Source: Oscillospiraceae bacterium
GTDB taxonomy: Bacteria; Bacillota; Clostridia; Oscillospirales; CAG-272
Length of the DNA: 46,549 nucleotides
Reading direction: 5' to 3'
Assembly (NCBI GenBank): GCA_015063455.1
Contig: SVUC01000003.1
Coordinates: forward strand, 1-46,549
Notes under the pieces: generated by a model
The model's input: the letters and a program-made list of their open reading frames with translations, nothing else
The model's database searches: none
Told to the model about the DNA's origin: nothing
Translations under genes and position numbers: made by a program
Shown: one piece after another, positions 18,185 to 26,947 of the stretch
Position numbering within the stretch: the first letter of the stretch is position 1
Layout of the letters: every line of letters starts with the position of its first letter

Positions 18185-21100
18185 ATGGGTAAAGTGAATT
18201 TTACTGAGTCGCAAAAGAGAGCGATTTACTTTGAAGATAAAAATCTGCTCCTGTCGGCTGCGGCGGGAAGCGGGAAAACGGCCTGTCTCAGTGCGAGGAT
18301 CGTAGAGCTCGTCGGACAGGGACGTGCGGATATTTCCGAGATGCTGATCGTGACTTTTACTAAAGCCGCAACGGCGGAAATGCGCTCGAGAATTGCCTCA
18401 GCTATGCGAAACGAGGCGGCGGAATGCAGAGCTGATGATCCTGCGCGCGCTGAGCGTTTGCGGAGAAATGCGGGAAAGATCGGATCGGCAGAAATATCCA
18501 CGATCCATTCATTTTTATACAAAAATATCAGAAAATATTTTCCTGCCGTGGGGTTCCCAAGTGACTCGAAAATAATCGATGAAGTTCGCGCGAAGAGTAT
18601 TAAAAAGCGGATAATCAAGCAGATCGTCAACTCTGAGTTCGAGAAAACGGCAGAAAGCGAGTCTCAGATGACGAATCCGTTCGTTTTGCTTGCGAACACG
18701 ATAGGTATTACCCGCGACAGCGAGAAGATCGACGAAGAGATTCTTTGGATGGTTGACAAGATCGGTGACGACACTTACGCGAATGAATATACATCCGCGG
18801 TGGATAAAATTGCGGACGGTGAGGATCTGTTTGACACCGTGTTTGGTGTAAAACTGAAGAAGAGTATATGTGACTTGGTTCGTTATTACACCGGGGTATT
18901 TGAAGTGCTCAGTCGTAAAATCGCAGAGTATCCAGAGATCGACAAAAAGTATCGCACGGCACTTGACGGTGATCTTTCGTGGTGTCGACAGATGCTCGAT
19001 CTCGTGGGTGCTCACGAGCTGAAATATGACGTCCTGAAGGATGAGTTCCTCGACTATTCACCTGCACGCTTGGGATCGGTGGGCGAAAAGCACAAAAATG
19101 AGCTTTGTGCAGATTATAAACATATCCGCGATCTGTTCAAAAAAGATCGGAGCGCATTTGCGGAGACATATTTCTGCTATTCATCAGATGAGAACAGAAG
19201 ATCCGCTGAGAAAATGAGGTCTATCACGCGGGTGCTTTACAACATTGCGCGTGAATACCGTGAGCAGCTCGAAAAAATCAAGGTGAAGAACGCCTGCATC
19301 GAGTACGATGACCTTGAGAGGATCGCGCTGAAGCTTTTTGTCGACGAAAATGGACAGCCGACAGCTATTGCGCGAGAGATCGGTGAGAAATACAAGTACA
19401 TTTTTGTGGATGAATACCAGGATACAAACGATGTGCAGGACAAAATTTTTACCGCGATCTCGGAAAATTCGGTCAGATTTATGGTCGGCGACATCAAGCA
19501 GTCGATCTACCGATTCCGCGGTGCTGAGCCGGATGTTTTCAAGAGATACAGAGACGAGTGGGGGAAGTCCGCCGAATCTGGCGGCGCGGACTCTAATGAT
19601 TTTGACTCGCGCTCGGGTGAGTCGATATTCCTCAGTGAGAATTTCCGCTGTGACGGACCTGTTATAGATTTTACGAACGCCGTTTCTCACTCAACCTTGA
19701 CCTTCGGCGGCATCGGATATCTTACTGAGGATGACCTCATAAAAGGAAAGAGAGACGGCGGGGACGAGCCTGTTGACCTTATTTTGATCGACAAAAAAAG
19801 TGTACAAAATGAAACAGATGATGGTAGCCCGGACGCGATCGACGAGGCTTCTGTGGTTGCACAGATCGTGCGAGACATGGTCGGAAGATACTCTTACGAT
19901 GCCGGAAAAATTGTTCGTCCAAGTGATTTCGCTATCATTATGCGTAGTCCGGGAGCGTCAGCGGAGAGGTACAAAGCGGCGCTCGGCAGATTCGGGATAC
20001 CTGTAAATACTGCAAAAGAATCGCCCGCGGAAGATTTCGCATCGGTAAAGCTTCTCATTTGCCTGCTCAATTTTGTGGACAATCCCTTGCGTGAGGTGTA
20101 TACGGCGGGCGCACTCATCTCTCCTGTTTTTTCGTTCACTCCTGCACAGATCGTCGCGCTCAGACGTTTATCGGACGGATTTTTGTTTAAGACGGTTTCC
20201 GATATCGCGCACGGAAATATCGAAGCTGACGAGGAAATCTGCATCAAATGTGAGCGTGTTGTGCGCTGGTATGACGCCGAAAAAACGATCGTTGGTGGTA
20301 TTTCGCTGCCCGATTACATTGAATATTTAATCAACAATAATGAATTAAACAGTATCCCTGAAGTGATAGAAGATCCGCTTGAATCCTCTGCTTTGCGGTC
20401 CTTCGCTGAGCGCGCGAGGGAGTTTGAGAACGGCTCGCTCAACCCCAAGAACAGGGGACTTTCGGCTTTCTTGCGAAGCTTGAGAGAAGACGAGATCGGC
20501 GGACAAACTGAGGGAAAAAAGAGTACGGCTGAGGATTCGGATGCGGTCTCGATTTTGAGCATCCACGCATCAAAAGGGCTCGAATACCCCGTCTGTATCA
20601 TAGCGGAGTGCGGAAAAAAGCGTAATTCCGGGGATGAAACAGGCACAATTCTCGTTGATAAGAAGTATGGCGCAGCAATGATGCTCCCATCTGAGAAGGG
20701 GCTTGAGAGGTACGACAACATCTTCCGACGGATGATCTCATCTCAGATCAGAGACGAAGCGATCAATGAAGAAATGCGGATGCTGTACGTCGCGCTCACC
20801 CGTGCGAGAAACAAGCTTATCCTCACGGCAAGCGTCAGCGATGCAGACAAAAAACTCGCGTCAGCTTCTGTTGAAAGTGAATATTGTGGTGAATATTTAA
20901 TCAAAAATAAGTCGTCTTACGTTGATTGGCTTCTTGATGCATCATTTCGGGGAGGACTCGGCGACAAGGTGAGTGTAAACGTCATTCGCACGGATCGCGT
21001 GGCAGACGATCTTGTGGGTGAGGCGGATGATGACAGCGGAGACGACGTAATTTCCGAGAGAGAGGACGAGTACGAAATCATCCGGGCGCGGATTGAGAAA

Positions 21101-21823
21101 GATCCGTACGACGATTATCTCGCAGGGATCCCGTCGAAATTGCCTGTGTCAGATCTGCGCGGAAACATTCTCGATAAAGGGGCAGACGACGAGGCAGAGG
21201 ACGAGCTCGGTGATGAGTCGGATGAGATCGAGAAGCCGTCATTTATGATCGGTGAGAGATTTGCGACTGCGGCTGACCGAGGAAATGCGGTACATCTCTT
21301 TATGCAGTTTGCGGATTTTGACCGTCTCAAGTCTGAAGGATTTGAGGCTGAGGCGAATCGTCTTATTGAAAAAAAGTTTATCTCAGTTGAACAATATGAA
21401 CTTATAAATCGTCGTCAAATTGAAAGATTTATCGGAAGCTCGCTGCTCGACAAGATCACTCGCTCACCCCTCGTGAAGCGTGAGTTCAGATTCAATGCGC
21501 TCCTTGACGCTTCACGATTCACGGAAAAAGACATCTTGAAGCGCAAGCTCGACGAGTCGGGTACAAAGATCACGATTCAGGGCGTTGTTGACTGCGTTTT
21601 CCGCGATCCCGATTCGGAAAAGCTCGTTCTTGTAGACTACAAAACCGATTCGCTGAGCGCGGAGGAGTGGGAAAACCGTGAGCTTGCGGAGAGAAAACTG
21701 CGCGAGAGACACAGAAATCAGCTCACATATTACCGAGAGATCTGCTCTGAGATGTTCTGCGAGGAGATCGAGGAGGTCTATGTTTACTCGACTGTGCTCG
21801 GCAGGCTGATCGAGATTTATTGA
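18185..21823 (+). CDS. addA: ATP-dependent helicase/nuclease subunit A
   Basis: AAAGSGKT, TFTKAAT, VDEYQD, VGDIKQSIYRFRGA, SIHASKGLEY, YVALTRA, C-terminal GVVD..VDYKT. Confidence 0.93.
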   Translation: MGKVNFTESQKRAIYFEDKNLLLSAAAGSGKTACLSARIVELVGQGRADISEMLIVTFTKAATAEMRSRIASAMRNEAAECRADDPARAERLRRNAGKIGSAEISTIHSFLYKNIRKYFPAVGFPSDSKIIDEVRAKSIKKRIIKQIVNSEFEKTAESESQMTNPFVLLANTIGITRDSEKIDEEILWMVDKIGDDTYANEYTSAVDKIADGEDLFDTVFGVKLKKSICDLVRYYTGVFEVLSRKIAEYPEIDKKYRTALDGDLSWCRQMLDLVGAHELKYDVLKDEFLDYSPARLGSVGEKHKNELCADYKHIRDLFKKDRSAFAETYFCYSSDENRRSAEKMRSITRVLYNIAREYREQLEKIKVKNACIEYDDLERIALKLFVDENGQPTAIAREIGEKYKYIFVDEYQDTNDVQDKIFTAISENSVRFMVGDIKQSIYRFRGAEPDVFKRYRDEWGKSAESGGADSNDFDSRSGESIFLSENFRCDGPVIDFTNAVSHSTLTFGGIGYLTEDDLIKGKRDGGDEPVDLILIDKKSVQNETDDGSPDAIDEASVVAQIVRDMVGRYSYDAGKIVRPSDFAIIMRSPGASAERYKAALGRFGIPVNTAKESPAEDFASVKLLICLLNFVDNPLREVYTAGALISPVFSFTPAQIVALRRLSDGFLFKTVSDIAHGNIEADEEICIKCERVVRWYDAEKTIVGGISLPDYIEYLINNNELNSIPEVIEDPLESSALRSFAERAREFENGSLNPKNRGLSAFLRSLREDEIGGQTEGKKSTAEDSDAVSILSIHASKGLEYPVCIIAECGKKRNSGDETGTILVDKKYGAAMMLPSEKGLERYDNIFRRMISSQIRDEAINEEMRMLYVALTRARNKLILTASVSDADKKLASASVESEYCGEYLIKNKSSYVDWLLDASFRGGLGDKVSVNVIRTDRVADDLVGEADDDSGDDVISEREDEYEIIRARIEKDPYDDYLAGIPSKLPVSDLRGNILDKGADDEAEDELGDESDEIEKPSFMIGERFATAADRGNAVHLFMQFADFDRLKSEGFEAEANRLIEKKFISVEQYELINRRQIERFIGSSLLDKITRSPLVKREFRFNALLDASRFTEKDILKRKLDESGTKITIQGVVDCVFRDPDSEKLVLVDYKTDSLSAEEWENRELAERKLRERHRNQLTYYREICSEMFCEEIEEVYVYSTVLGRLIEIY

Positions 21824-21887
21824 ATAAAACTATTAAGGATATTCTTAAAAAACGGATATAAACGGGAAACCGAATAAAAGGTTACTT

Positions 21888-22283
21888 ATGGAAAAGATTT
21901 GGAATGAAATGTATGAGGCTGCAAAAGCCGTGTTGAATGAGCGGAGAATTTCGGAATATGTCACCTGCGGCGAAGTAGCTGCTGCGGTCTGTTCGAAATC
22001 CGGAAAGATATATACAGGTGTTTGTATAGATACTTGCTCAACACTTGGTATTTGTGCAGAAAGAAATGCTATTTTCAATATGATAACCGGCGGTGAGCAT
22101 GAGATCGACAAGGTTCTTTGTATTTTGCCCGATGGCTCAAACGGTGCACCTTGCGGCGCTTGCCGTGAACTGATGGTGCAGATTATGGCAGGGAATTATT
22201 ACGATATAGAAATTATGCTTGATTATTCCACAGGCAGAACCATAAGGCTCGGGGAAATAACTCCTGAGTGGTGGATCAAGTAG
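21888..22283 (+). CDS. Cytidine deaminase family protein
   Basis: CAERNA and PCGACRE zinc motifs. Confidence 0.85.
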   Translation: MEKIWNEMYEAAKAVLNERRISEYVTCGEVAAAVCSKSGKIYTGVCIDTCSTLGICAERNAIFNMITGGEHEIDKVLCILPDGSNGAPCGACRELMVQIMAGNYYDIEIMLDYSTGRTIRLGEITPEWWIK

Positions 22284-22357
22284 ATTCGGTATTTCTACGA
22301 CAGCCATCACGCCTCGGTACCGTTATTTGTCTCTTGTTATCGTGAAGTATACAAAAA

Positions 22358-22374
22358 TTATCGACAAACGATAA
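22358..22374. promoter_or_regulatory. Palindromic operator candidate TTATCG-N5-CGATAA
   Basis: Perfect 6-5-6 palindrome immediately upstream of the -35 of the DUF2975/HTH operon. Confidence 0.55.
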
Positions 22375-22381
22375 AAAACTA

Positions 22382-22410
22382 TTGACAAACATAAATTTGT
22401 GTGTTATAAT
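22382..22410 (+). promoter_or_regulatory. Consensus sigma-A promoter
   Basis: TTGACA-17bp-TATAAT with TG extension. Confidence 0.8.
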
Positions 22411-22451
22411 GAAGATGCAGAAAACAAATAGAACAATTGGAGGGACAAAAA

Positions 22452-23009
22452 ATGAAGGGTGCTGACAAGATAGCAAAAGTTGTGACAAAGGTCGTTGAGG
22501 TGTTCCATTGGATTGCGGCGGCACTTATGGCTGCGGCAACGGTCTGCTCGATCGTTTATCCTGCGGGACTCAAATATTTCGTCGATTTTGATGCGAAGGA
22601 ATGCTGCGGTGTTGAGCTCGGAATATACGGATTTGAGGTAAACGCGCCGCTTACAGACGGGGCTGTAAACATGACAGCGTTCTGTTTGTTTGGAATCGGG
22701 GCTGTGCTCATTCTCTCACTTATGGCGATGATCTTCAGAAACCTCAATGCGATCATCAAGAATTCCGAGGGAACAACGCCGTTCCAGCCGCAGAACGTTA
22801 AAAAGCTCCGCGAGGTCGGTTTTTTCTCGATCGCGACTCCTGCGGTCGGATTTGTTATGAGCATCATTGCATATTTTGTGCTTGGCTCAGAGATGGCGGA
22901 AGTTTCAAACAGCCTTGACGGACTCGTGATCGGCATCGTGGTACTTTGTATCACGCAGTTCTTCGCGCACGGGATCGAGCTGGAGAAGGATGTTGACGGG
23001 CTTCTTTGA
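22452..23009 (+). CDS. DUF2975 membrane protein
   Basis: Four hydrophobic segments, TPF...NVKKLR, C-terminal F.HGIELEKDVDGLL; paired with an HTH gene. Confidence 0.85.
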   Translation: MKGADKIAKVVTKVVEVFHWIAAALMAAATVCSIVYPAGLKYFVDFDAKECCGVELGIYGFEVNAPLTDGAVNMTAFCLFGIGAVLILSLMAMIFRNLNAIIKNSEGTTPFQPQNVKKLREVGFFSIATPAVGFVMSIIAYFVLGSEMAEVSNSLDGLVIGIVVLCITQFFAHGIELEKDVDGLL

Positions 23010-23018
23010 GGTGAGATT

Positions 23019-23228
23019 ATGGGAAAAATTGTGCTCAGACTCGACAGAATGATGGTGGAGAGGAAAATTTCCCTGAATGAGCTGGCAGAGCGTGTGGGGA
23101 TCTCGAACGTCAATCTGTCGAAGATCAAAAATAACAAGGTGACTGCTATCCGATTCTCGACTCTTGCGGCGATCTGCGAGGTGCTCGAGTGTGACGCAGG
23201 GGATATTCTGGAATATCAAAAGGACTAA
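23019..23228 (+). CDS. Cro/C1-type (YozG-like) HTH regulator
   Basis: LAERVGISNVNLSKIKNNKVTAIRFSTL..IC..LEC..GDILEY. Confidence 0.9.
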   Translation: MGKIVLRLDRMMVERKISLNELAERVGISNVNLSKIKNNKVTAIRFSTLAAICEVLECDAGDILEYQKD

Positions 23229-23242
23229 GCCGGTATTTCGGC

Positions 23243-23289
23243 AAAAATAAGGGCGGTCTGCGTAAGTGCAGGTCGCCCGATTTTTTTTG
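23243..23289. terminator. Bidirectional intrinsic terminator
   Basis: gggcggtctgc..gcaggtcgccc hairpin flanked by A- and T-tracts, between convergent genes. Confidence 0.75.
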
Positions 23290-23303
23290 AGTTGTATTGG
23301 GAA

Positions 23304-24233
23304 TTAAATAACGATCGGATTGATGTCCGCAAGGTCGTACGGCGTGTTCTGGTAAACGAAATAGTTGAGCCAGTTCGAGAACAGAAGATGCGCGTGTCCT
23401 CTCCACACGTTCTTCGGCGGAAGCGCGGAATCATCGTTTGTGAAATAGTGCTTCGGTATCTCGATCGGCTTGCCGAGATTTACGTCGCGGAAATATTCGG
23501 ATGCAAGAGTTTCGGCATCGTATTCGCTGTGGCCCGTTACGTAGAACAGACGACGCTTTTTTGATGCGATTATGTAAAGTCCCGCTTCATCCGATTCTGC
23601 GAGAATGTCAAGCTTGGCGCATTTTTCAACGTCTTCACGTTTTACTTCGGTGTGGCGCGAGTGCGGTGCGACAAATTCTTCATCAAATCCGCGAAGAAGT
23701 GGGTGATTCGGCTGAAGATTCTTGTGCTTGAAAACACCGAACATTTTTTTGTCCAGCGGATATTTGGGAATACCGTAGTGGAACCAAAGTGCAGCCTGCG
23801 CCGCCCAGCAGATGTGAAGCGTGGAGTAAACGTTCGATTTTGACCAGCGCATGATCTCGCACAGCTCGTCCCAATAGTCGACGTCGGAAAAATCAAGATT
23901 TTCGACAGGCGCACCTGTGATGATGAGACCGTCGAATTTTTCATTTTTTACGTCACCAAACGTGCGGTAGAACGTCTCCATATGCTCCGCACTCGTGTTG
24001 GATGCCTTATGGCTCGCGGTGCGAAGGAGAGTCAGCTCTATCTGAAGGGGAGTGTTCGAGAGGAGACGGATGATCTGTGTCTCGGTCGTGATTTTTGTGG
24101 GCATTAAATTGAGGATAGCGAGGCGCAGAGGACGGATATCCTGAGATGCCGCGCGAAGCTCGTCCATTGTGAATATGTTCTCAGCTGCGAGAAGCTCTGA
24201 CGCGGGAAGCCCGGTTGGAATTTTAATCGGCAT
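23304..24233 (-). CDS. metA: Homoserine O-acyltransferase (MetA family, probably acetyltransferase)
   Basis: [42 protein letters not shown]. Confidence 0.93.
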   Translation of the reverse strand: MPIKIPTGLPASELLAAENIFTMDELRAASQDIRPLRLAILNLMPTKITTETQIIRLLSNTPLQIELTLLRTASHKASNTSAEHMETFYRTFGDVKNEKFDGLIITGAPVENLDFSDVDYWDELCEIMRWSKSNVYSTLHICWAAQAALWFHYGIPKYPLDKKMFGVFKHKNLQPNHPLLRGFDEEFVAPHSRHTEVKREDVEKCAKLDILAESDEAGLYIIASKKRRLFYVTGHSEYDAETLASEYFRDVNLGKPIEIPKHYFTNDDSALPPKNVWRGHAHLLFSNWLNYFVYQNTPYDLADINPIVI

Positions 24234-24292
24234 TGTGTAAACCTTTCGGTGATGATTTTGAACTTATGATAATTTCAGCGGTACGCCGCAGA

Positions 24293-25183
24293 TCAGTCTG
24301 CAAATCTGATCGTTTTGGTGTGTCCGTCGTGAGCAACGATCGTATTTTTGAAAACAGACTTAGGCTCACCCTCGAACTCGTCGGGATTGGGCAGAGACGG
24401 GCTGTAATGTGTCAGCCACAGCTCCTCGCATCCGCTTTGACGTGCGAGATTTGCCGCCTCGATCATTGTCATGTGAGACGATTCCTTTGCACGTGCTGTT
24501 TTCGCTTTCTCAAACATACCCTCGCAGACCAGAAGATCGGCGTCGGTAGCCATTGTTGAGATGATCTCACACGGGCGTGTGTCGGTCGCGTATGTCACGT
24601 GGATGCCGCGGCGCGCTTCTCCGAGTACCATATCGGGTGTGTACCCCTCGACGCTCTGGCCGTTCTGAAGACGTGACCAGAATTTCATCGGCACGCCGTT
24701 TGCCTCAGCCTTTTCTTTGTCGAATTTTCCCGAACGTGAGACGCGGATGTCGTATCCGATACACGGACAGGAGTGCTTCAGCTCAAACGAAGTGATGCTG
24801 TAGCCGTGACGGTCAAGTGAATCGAAATCTCCCATAACCTGAGTGTTGATGCGGAAGGGAAGCTCGGTGCAGATCGCGGTCAGAGCCTTGACGATCTCGT
24901 CAACTCCCTTCGGTCCGCAGATCAGAAGAGGATCGCGGTGACCTTCGTTTCCCATAGAGAGAAGAAGGCCGGGAAGTCCGCTGCAGTGATCGGCGTGAAA
25001 ATGTGTCAGCAGGATCGTGCCGATCTTTCCGAGAGAAAAACCTGCTTTTTTAACGGCAAGCTGAGTACCTTCGCCGCAGTCGATGAGAAGTCCCATGCCG
25101 TTGTAGCGCATATAACAGCAGCAGAGAAATCTTTCAAGATGCGGAACTGTACCGCCTGTTCCGGGGAGACAAACATCAAGCAT
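24293..25183 (-). CDS. rnz: Ribonuclease Z
   Basis: GTGG, DCGEGTQ, THFHADH, TDTRP, SHMT, LTHYS; real start ATG 25183. Confidence 0.9.
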   Translation of the reverse strand: MLDVCLPGTGGTVPHLERFLCCCYMRYNGMGLLIDCGEGTQLAVKKAGFSLGKIGTILLTHFHADHCSGLPGLLLSMGNEGHRDPLLICGPKGVDEIVKALTAICTELPFRINTQVMGDFDSLDRHGYSITSFELKHSCPCIGYDIRVSRSGKFDKEKAEANGVPMKFWSRLQNGQSVEGYTPDMVLGEARRGIHVTYATDTRPCEIISTMATDADLLVCEGMFEKAKTARAKESSHMTMIEAANLARQSGCEELWLTHYSPSLPNPDEFEGEPKSVFKNTIVAHDGHTKTIRFAD

Positions 25184-25258
25184 GATAACCCCCAATATGT
25201 GAAAAGTGTAAATTAAATCAAAAAACAGTAGAATTTTGCAGTCAAAAAATAAAAATAT

Positions 25259-25426
25259 AAGCCCCGTAGTGCCGTTTTGAACAAGCATATAGAAACCCTG
25301 CTCTCGCAAGGACGGTGCCCTCTCCAACGGTTTGTGCTCCCAGCGTCCTGATCGCTGCGGCGGCGCGGAATGCGTCTCACGGCAGCGGAGGGAGGTCTGC
25401 ATCCCCGCGTCGGAAGTCCGGGCTCC
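25259..25426 (-). ncRNA. ssrS: Probable 6S RNA
   Basis: Minus strand 5' gagcccggacttccg pairs with 3' cggcactacggggctt; the 3' half gggagc...gagagggcacc...gcagggtttc...aaaacggcac resembles Firmicutes 6S; followed by a T-rich tract. Recognised by eye, not by Rfam search. Confidence 0.65.
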
Positions 25427-25631
25427 TTTTTACTCTTCGTGGGTTTTTACGCTCGTTCTATTTCGCACACAACAGGACTGTTTGACTGCTGCGTATGATT
25501 GATTGTCGACTAAAGCCGTCTTACCGATACTCAAGTATCCGATACACAAGTATCCGCTAATAGATCTGATACTATTATTATATCAAAGTCGGCTGTCCTG
25601 TATGACTGTAAATTTCAGACAAAGTCTGATA

Positions 25632-25994
25632 CAAGGTAAGCTGATAAGGGATTTTTGACTACTATATACCTTGCCGGATTAAAACAAAACTTTGGAGCAA
25701 GGTCAGCTGAGATGCAATTTAGTATTACTAAATACCTTGCCGGATTAAAACAAAACTTTGGAGCAAGGTCAGCTGAGATGCAATTTAGTATTACTAAATA
25801 CCTTGCCAGGCTAAAACAAAACTTTGGAGAATTTTCCCGCGGAAAATTCTCGGGAGCAAGGTAAGCTGATATGCAGTTAAGTATTACTAAATACCTTGCT
25901 AGGCTAAAGCAACACCTTGGAGAATTTTCCCGCGGAAAATTCTCGGGAGCAAGGTCAGATAATATGCAATTTCCGATTACTAAATACCTTGCTC
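25632..25994. repeat. Tandem array of five ~44-bp palindromic boxes with 66/93-bp period
   Basis: caaggt at 25632, 25698, 25764, 25857, 25950 (66, 66, 93, 93); each box ends accttgc. Confidence 0.9.
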
Positions 25995-26313
25995 AGTCTT
26001 CATCATAAAAGATATCGGAGAATTCGTCGTCGAAAATATCGGCAATGCGATCGAATTCGTCGTCATCTTCAATTGTTTCGAGAATGTCCTCGCCGTCCTC
26101 GTCAACGCCGCACTTGAGAATGATGTATTCGCTGCTTTCTTCCTCGCCGTCTTCGTTTACGGGGATGAGAGCCTTGTAAACTGCGCCCTCGTGCTCAAGT
26201 GTTCCGAGAAGAGCAAAGTTGAGCTCGTTTCCGTCTTCGTCTGTAAGAGTGTATATCTCGGGATCGTATTCTTCTGCGGATTCGATCTCGTTCTTCTTGT
26301 CGAAGTTTTCCAT
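25993..26313 (-). CDS. DUF1292 acidic protein
   Basis: YTLTDEDGNE.F, Y.ALIP, LETIEDDDEFDRI; AAGGA RBS. Confidence 0.88.
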   Translation of the reverse strand: MENFDKKNEIESAEEYDPEIYTLTDEDGNELNFALLGTLEHEGAVYKALIPVNEDGEEESSEYIILKCGVDEDGEDILETIEDDDEFDRIADIFDDEFSDIFYDED

Positions 26314-26373
26314 AATTTATTCCTTTTCCTTTCGGTAAAATAATTCGTGCAATATTTGTATTTCTGTATCACT

Positions 26374-26402
26374 ATTGTATCACGAAATTACCTTTTTGTC
26401 AA
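26374..26402 (-). promoter_or_regulatory. Sigma-A promoter for DUF1292
   Basis: TTGACA-17bp-TACAAT with TG extension on the minus strand. Confidence 0.7.
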
Positions 26403-26483
26403 TGTAATGATTGCGGTAATTTTTTATTTGAATCAACCAATAAATTACCAGCTATGCTGGTGGAGCGAAAATATTTTAGTTTA

Positions 26484-26616
26484 AAGGTTCACTCCGGGAG
26501 GGAGCTGTCGCCGCAGGTAACTGAGGGAGAGTGCGTTAACGTGTAATATGGCGATGTTTTACATTCCGCAGGCTCCTTCCACCGCGAGCGGTCCCCCTTC
26601 CTCCCGGAGGAAGGCT
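26484..26616. repeat. REP-doublet (REPIN-like) palindromic element
   Basis: Two inverted ~50-bp units (ctccgggagg...ggag..tgcg / cgca..ctcc...cctcccggag) around an AT-rich hairpin spacer. Confidence 0.65.
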
Positions 26617-26772
26617 ATGTTAACCGAATTTTCGCTTGTAGTGCATCATATGAAGTTTGTGGACTATTTCAGTGCGCCCTAAAGCACAGCTATTCCTATG
26701 CCATTTTAGGACTTGTGCAACCACCGGTTTCACCGGTAATTTTTTATTATGTCGGCTGCCTGTTTTCCGCAG

Positions 26773-26801
26773 TTGACATATCGCGATTTCTTTGATATAA
26801 T
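26773..26801 (+). promoter_or_regulatory. Consensus sigma-A promoter upstream of galK
   Basis: TTGACA-17bp-TATAAT with TG extension. Confidence 0.75.
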
Positions 26802-26947
26802 TTATAATGAACAAATTTGCTCTGAAACTTCCCCCCGGAATGTTTATTTACATTTTTCTGATATTTCGGAAAACTATTTGTGATATAATCTTAGAATTAA
26901 AAACAAAAATCATTACATAAAATACAAAGCTAAGAAAGGCGACAGAC

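Noticed and set aside
14932-21712. Many antisense and alternate-frame ORFs over addAB and other genes
   Set aside because: Shadow ORFs of well-supported genes, with no recognisable motifs.
21888-23228. Anti-phage defence island (deaminase + membrane protein + HTH)
   Set aside because: The deaminase is an ordinary short CDA without a kinase domain, DUF2975-HTH has its own promoter, and there are no mobility or defence markers.
25184-25402. 73-aa N-terminal extension of RNase Z
   Set aside because: Runs through the 6S-like RNA and its T-tract; family homology begins at ATG 25183.
25259-25570. tmRNA, RNase P RNA or SRP RNA
   Set aside because: No tRNA-like/CCA end, no GAGGAAAGUCC and no SRP helix-8 motif; the terminal stem and 3' motifs fit 6S better.
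25632-25994. CRISPR array (66-bp period, palindromic repeats)
   Set aside because: Linkers are identical or near-identical rather than unique spacers; no cas genes in the window.
25655-26117. Repeat-encoded peptides (25655-25864, 25917-26117)
   Set aside because: They arise because 66 and 93 are multiples of 3; TTG starts, no RBS, and an in-frame stop splits them.
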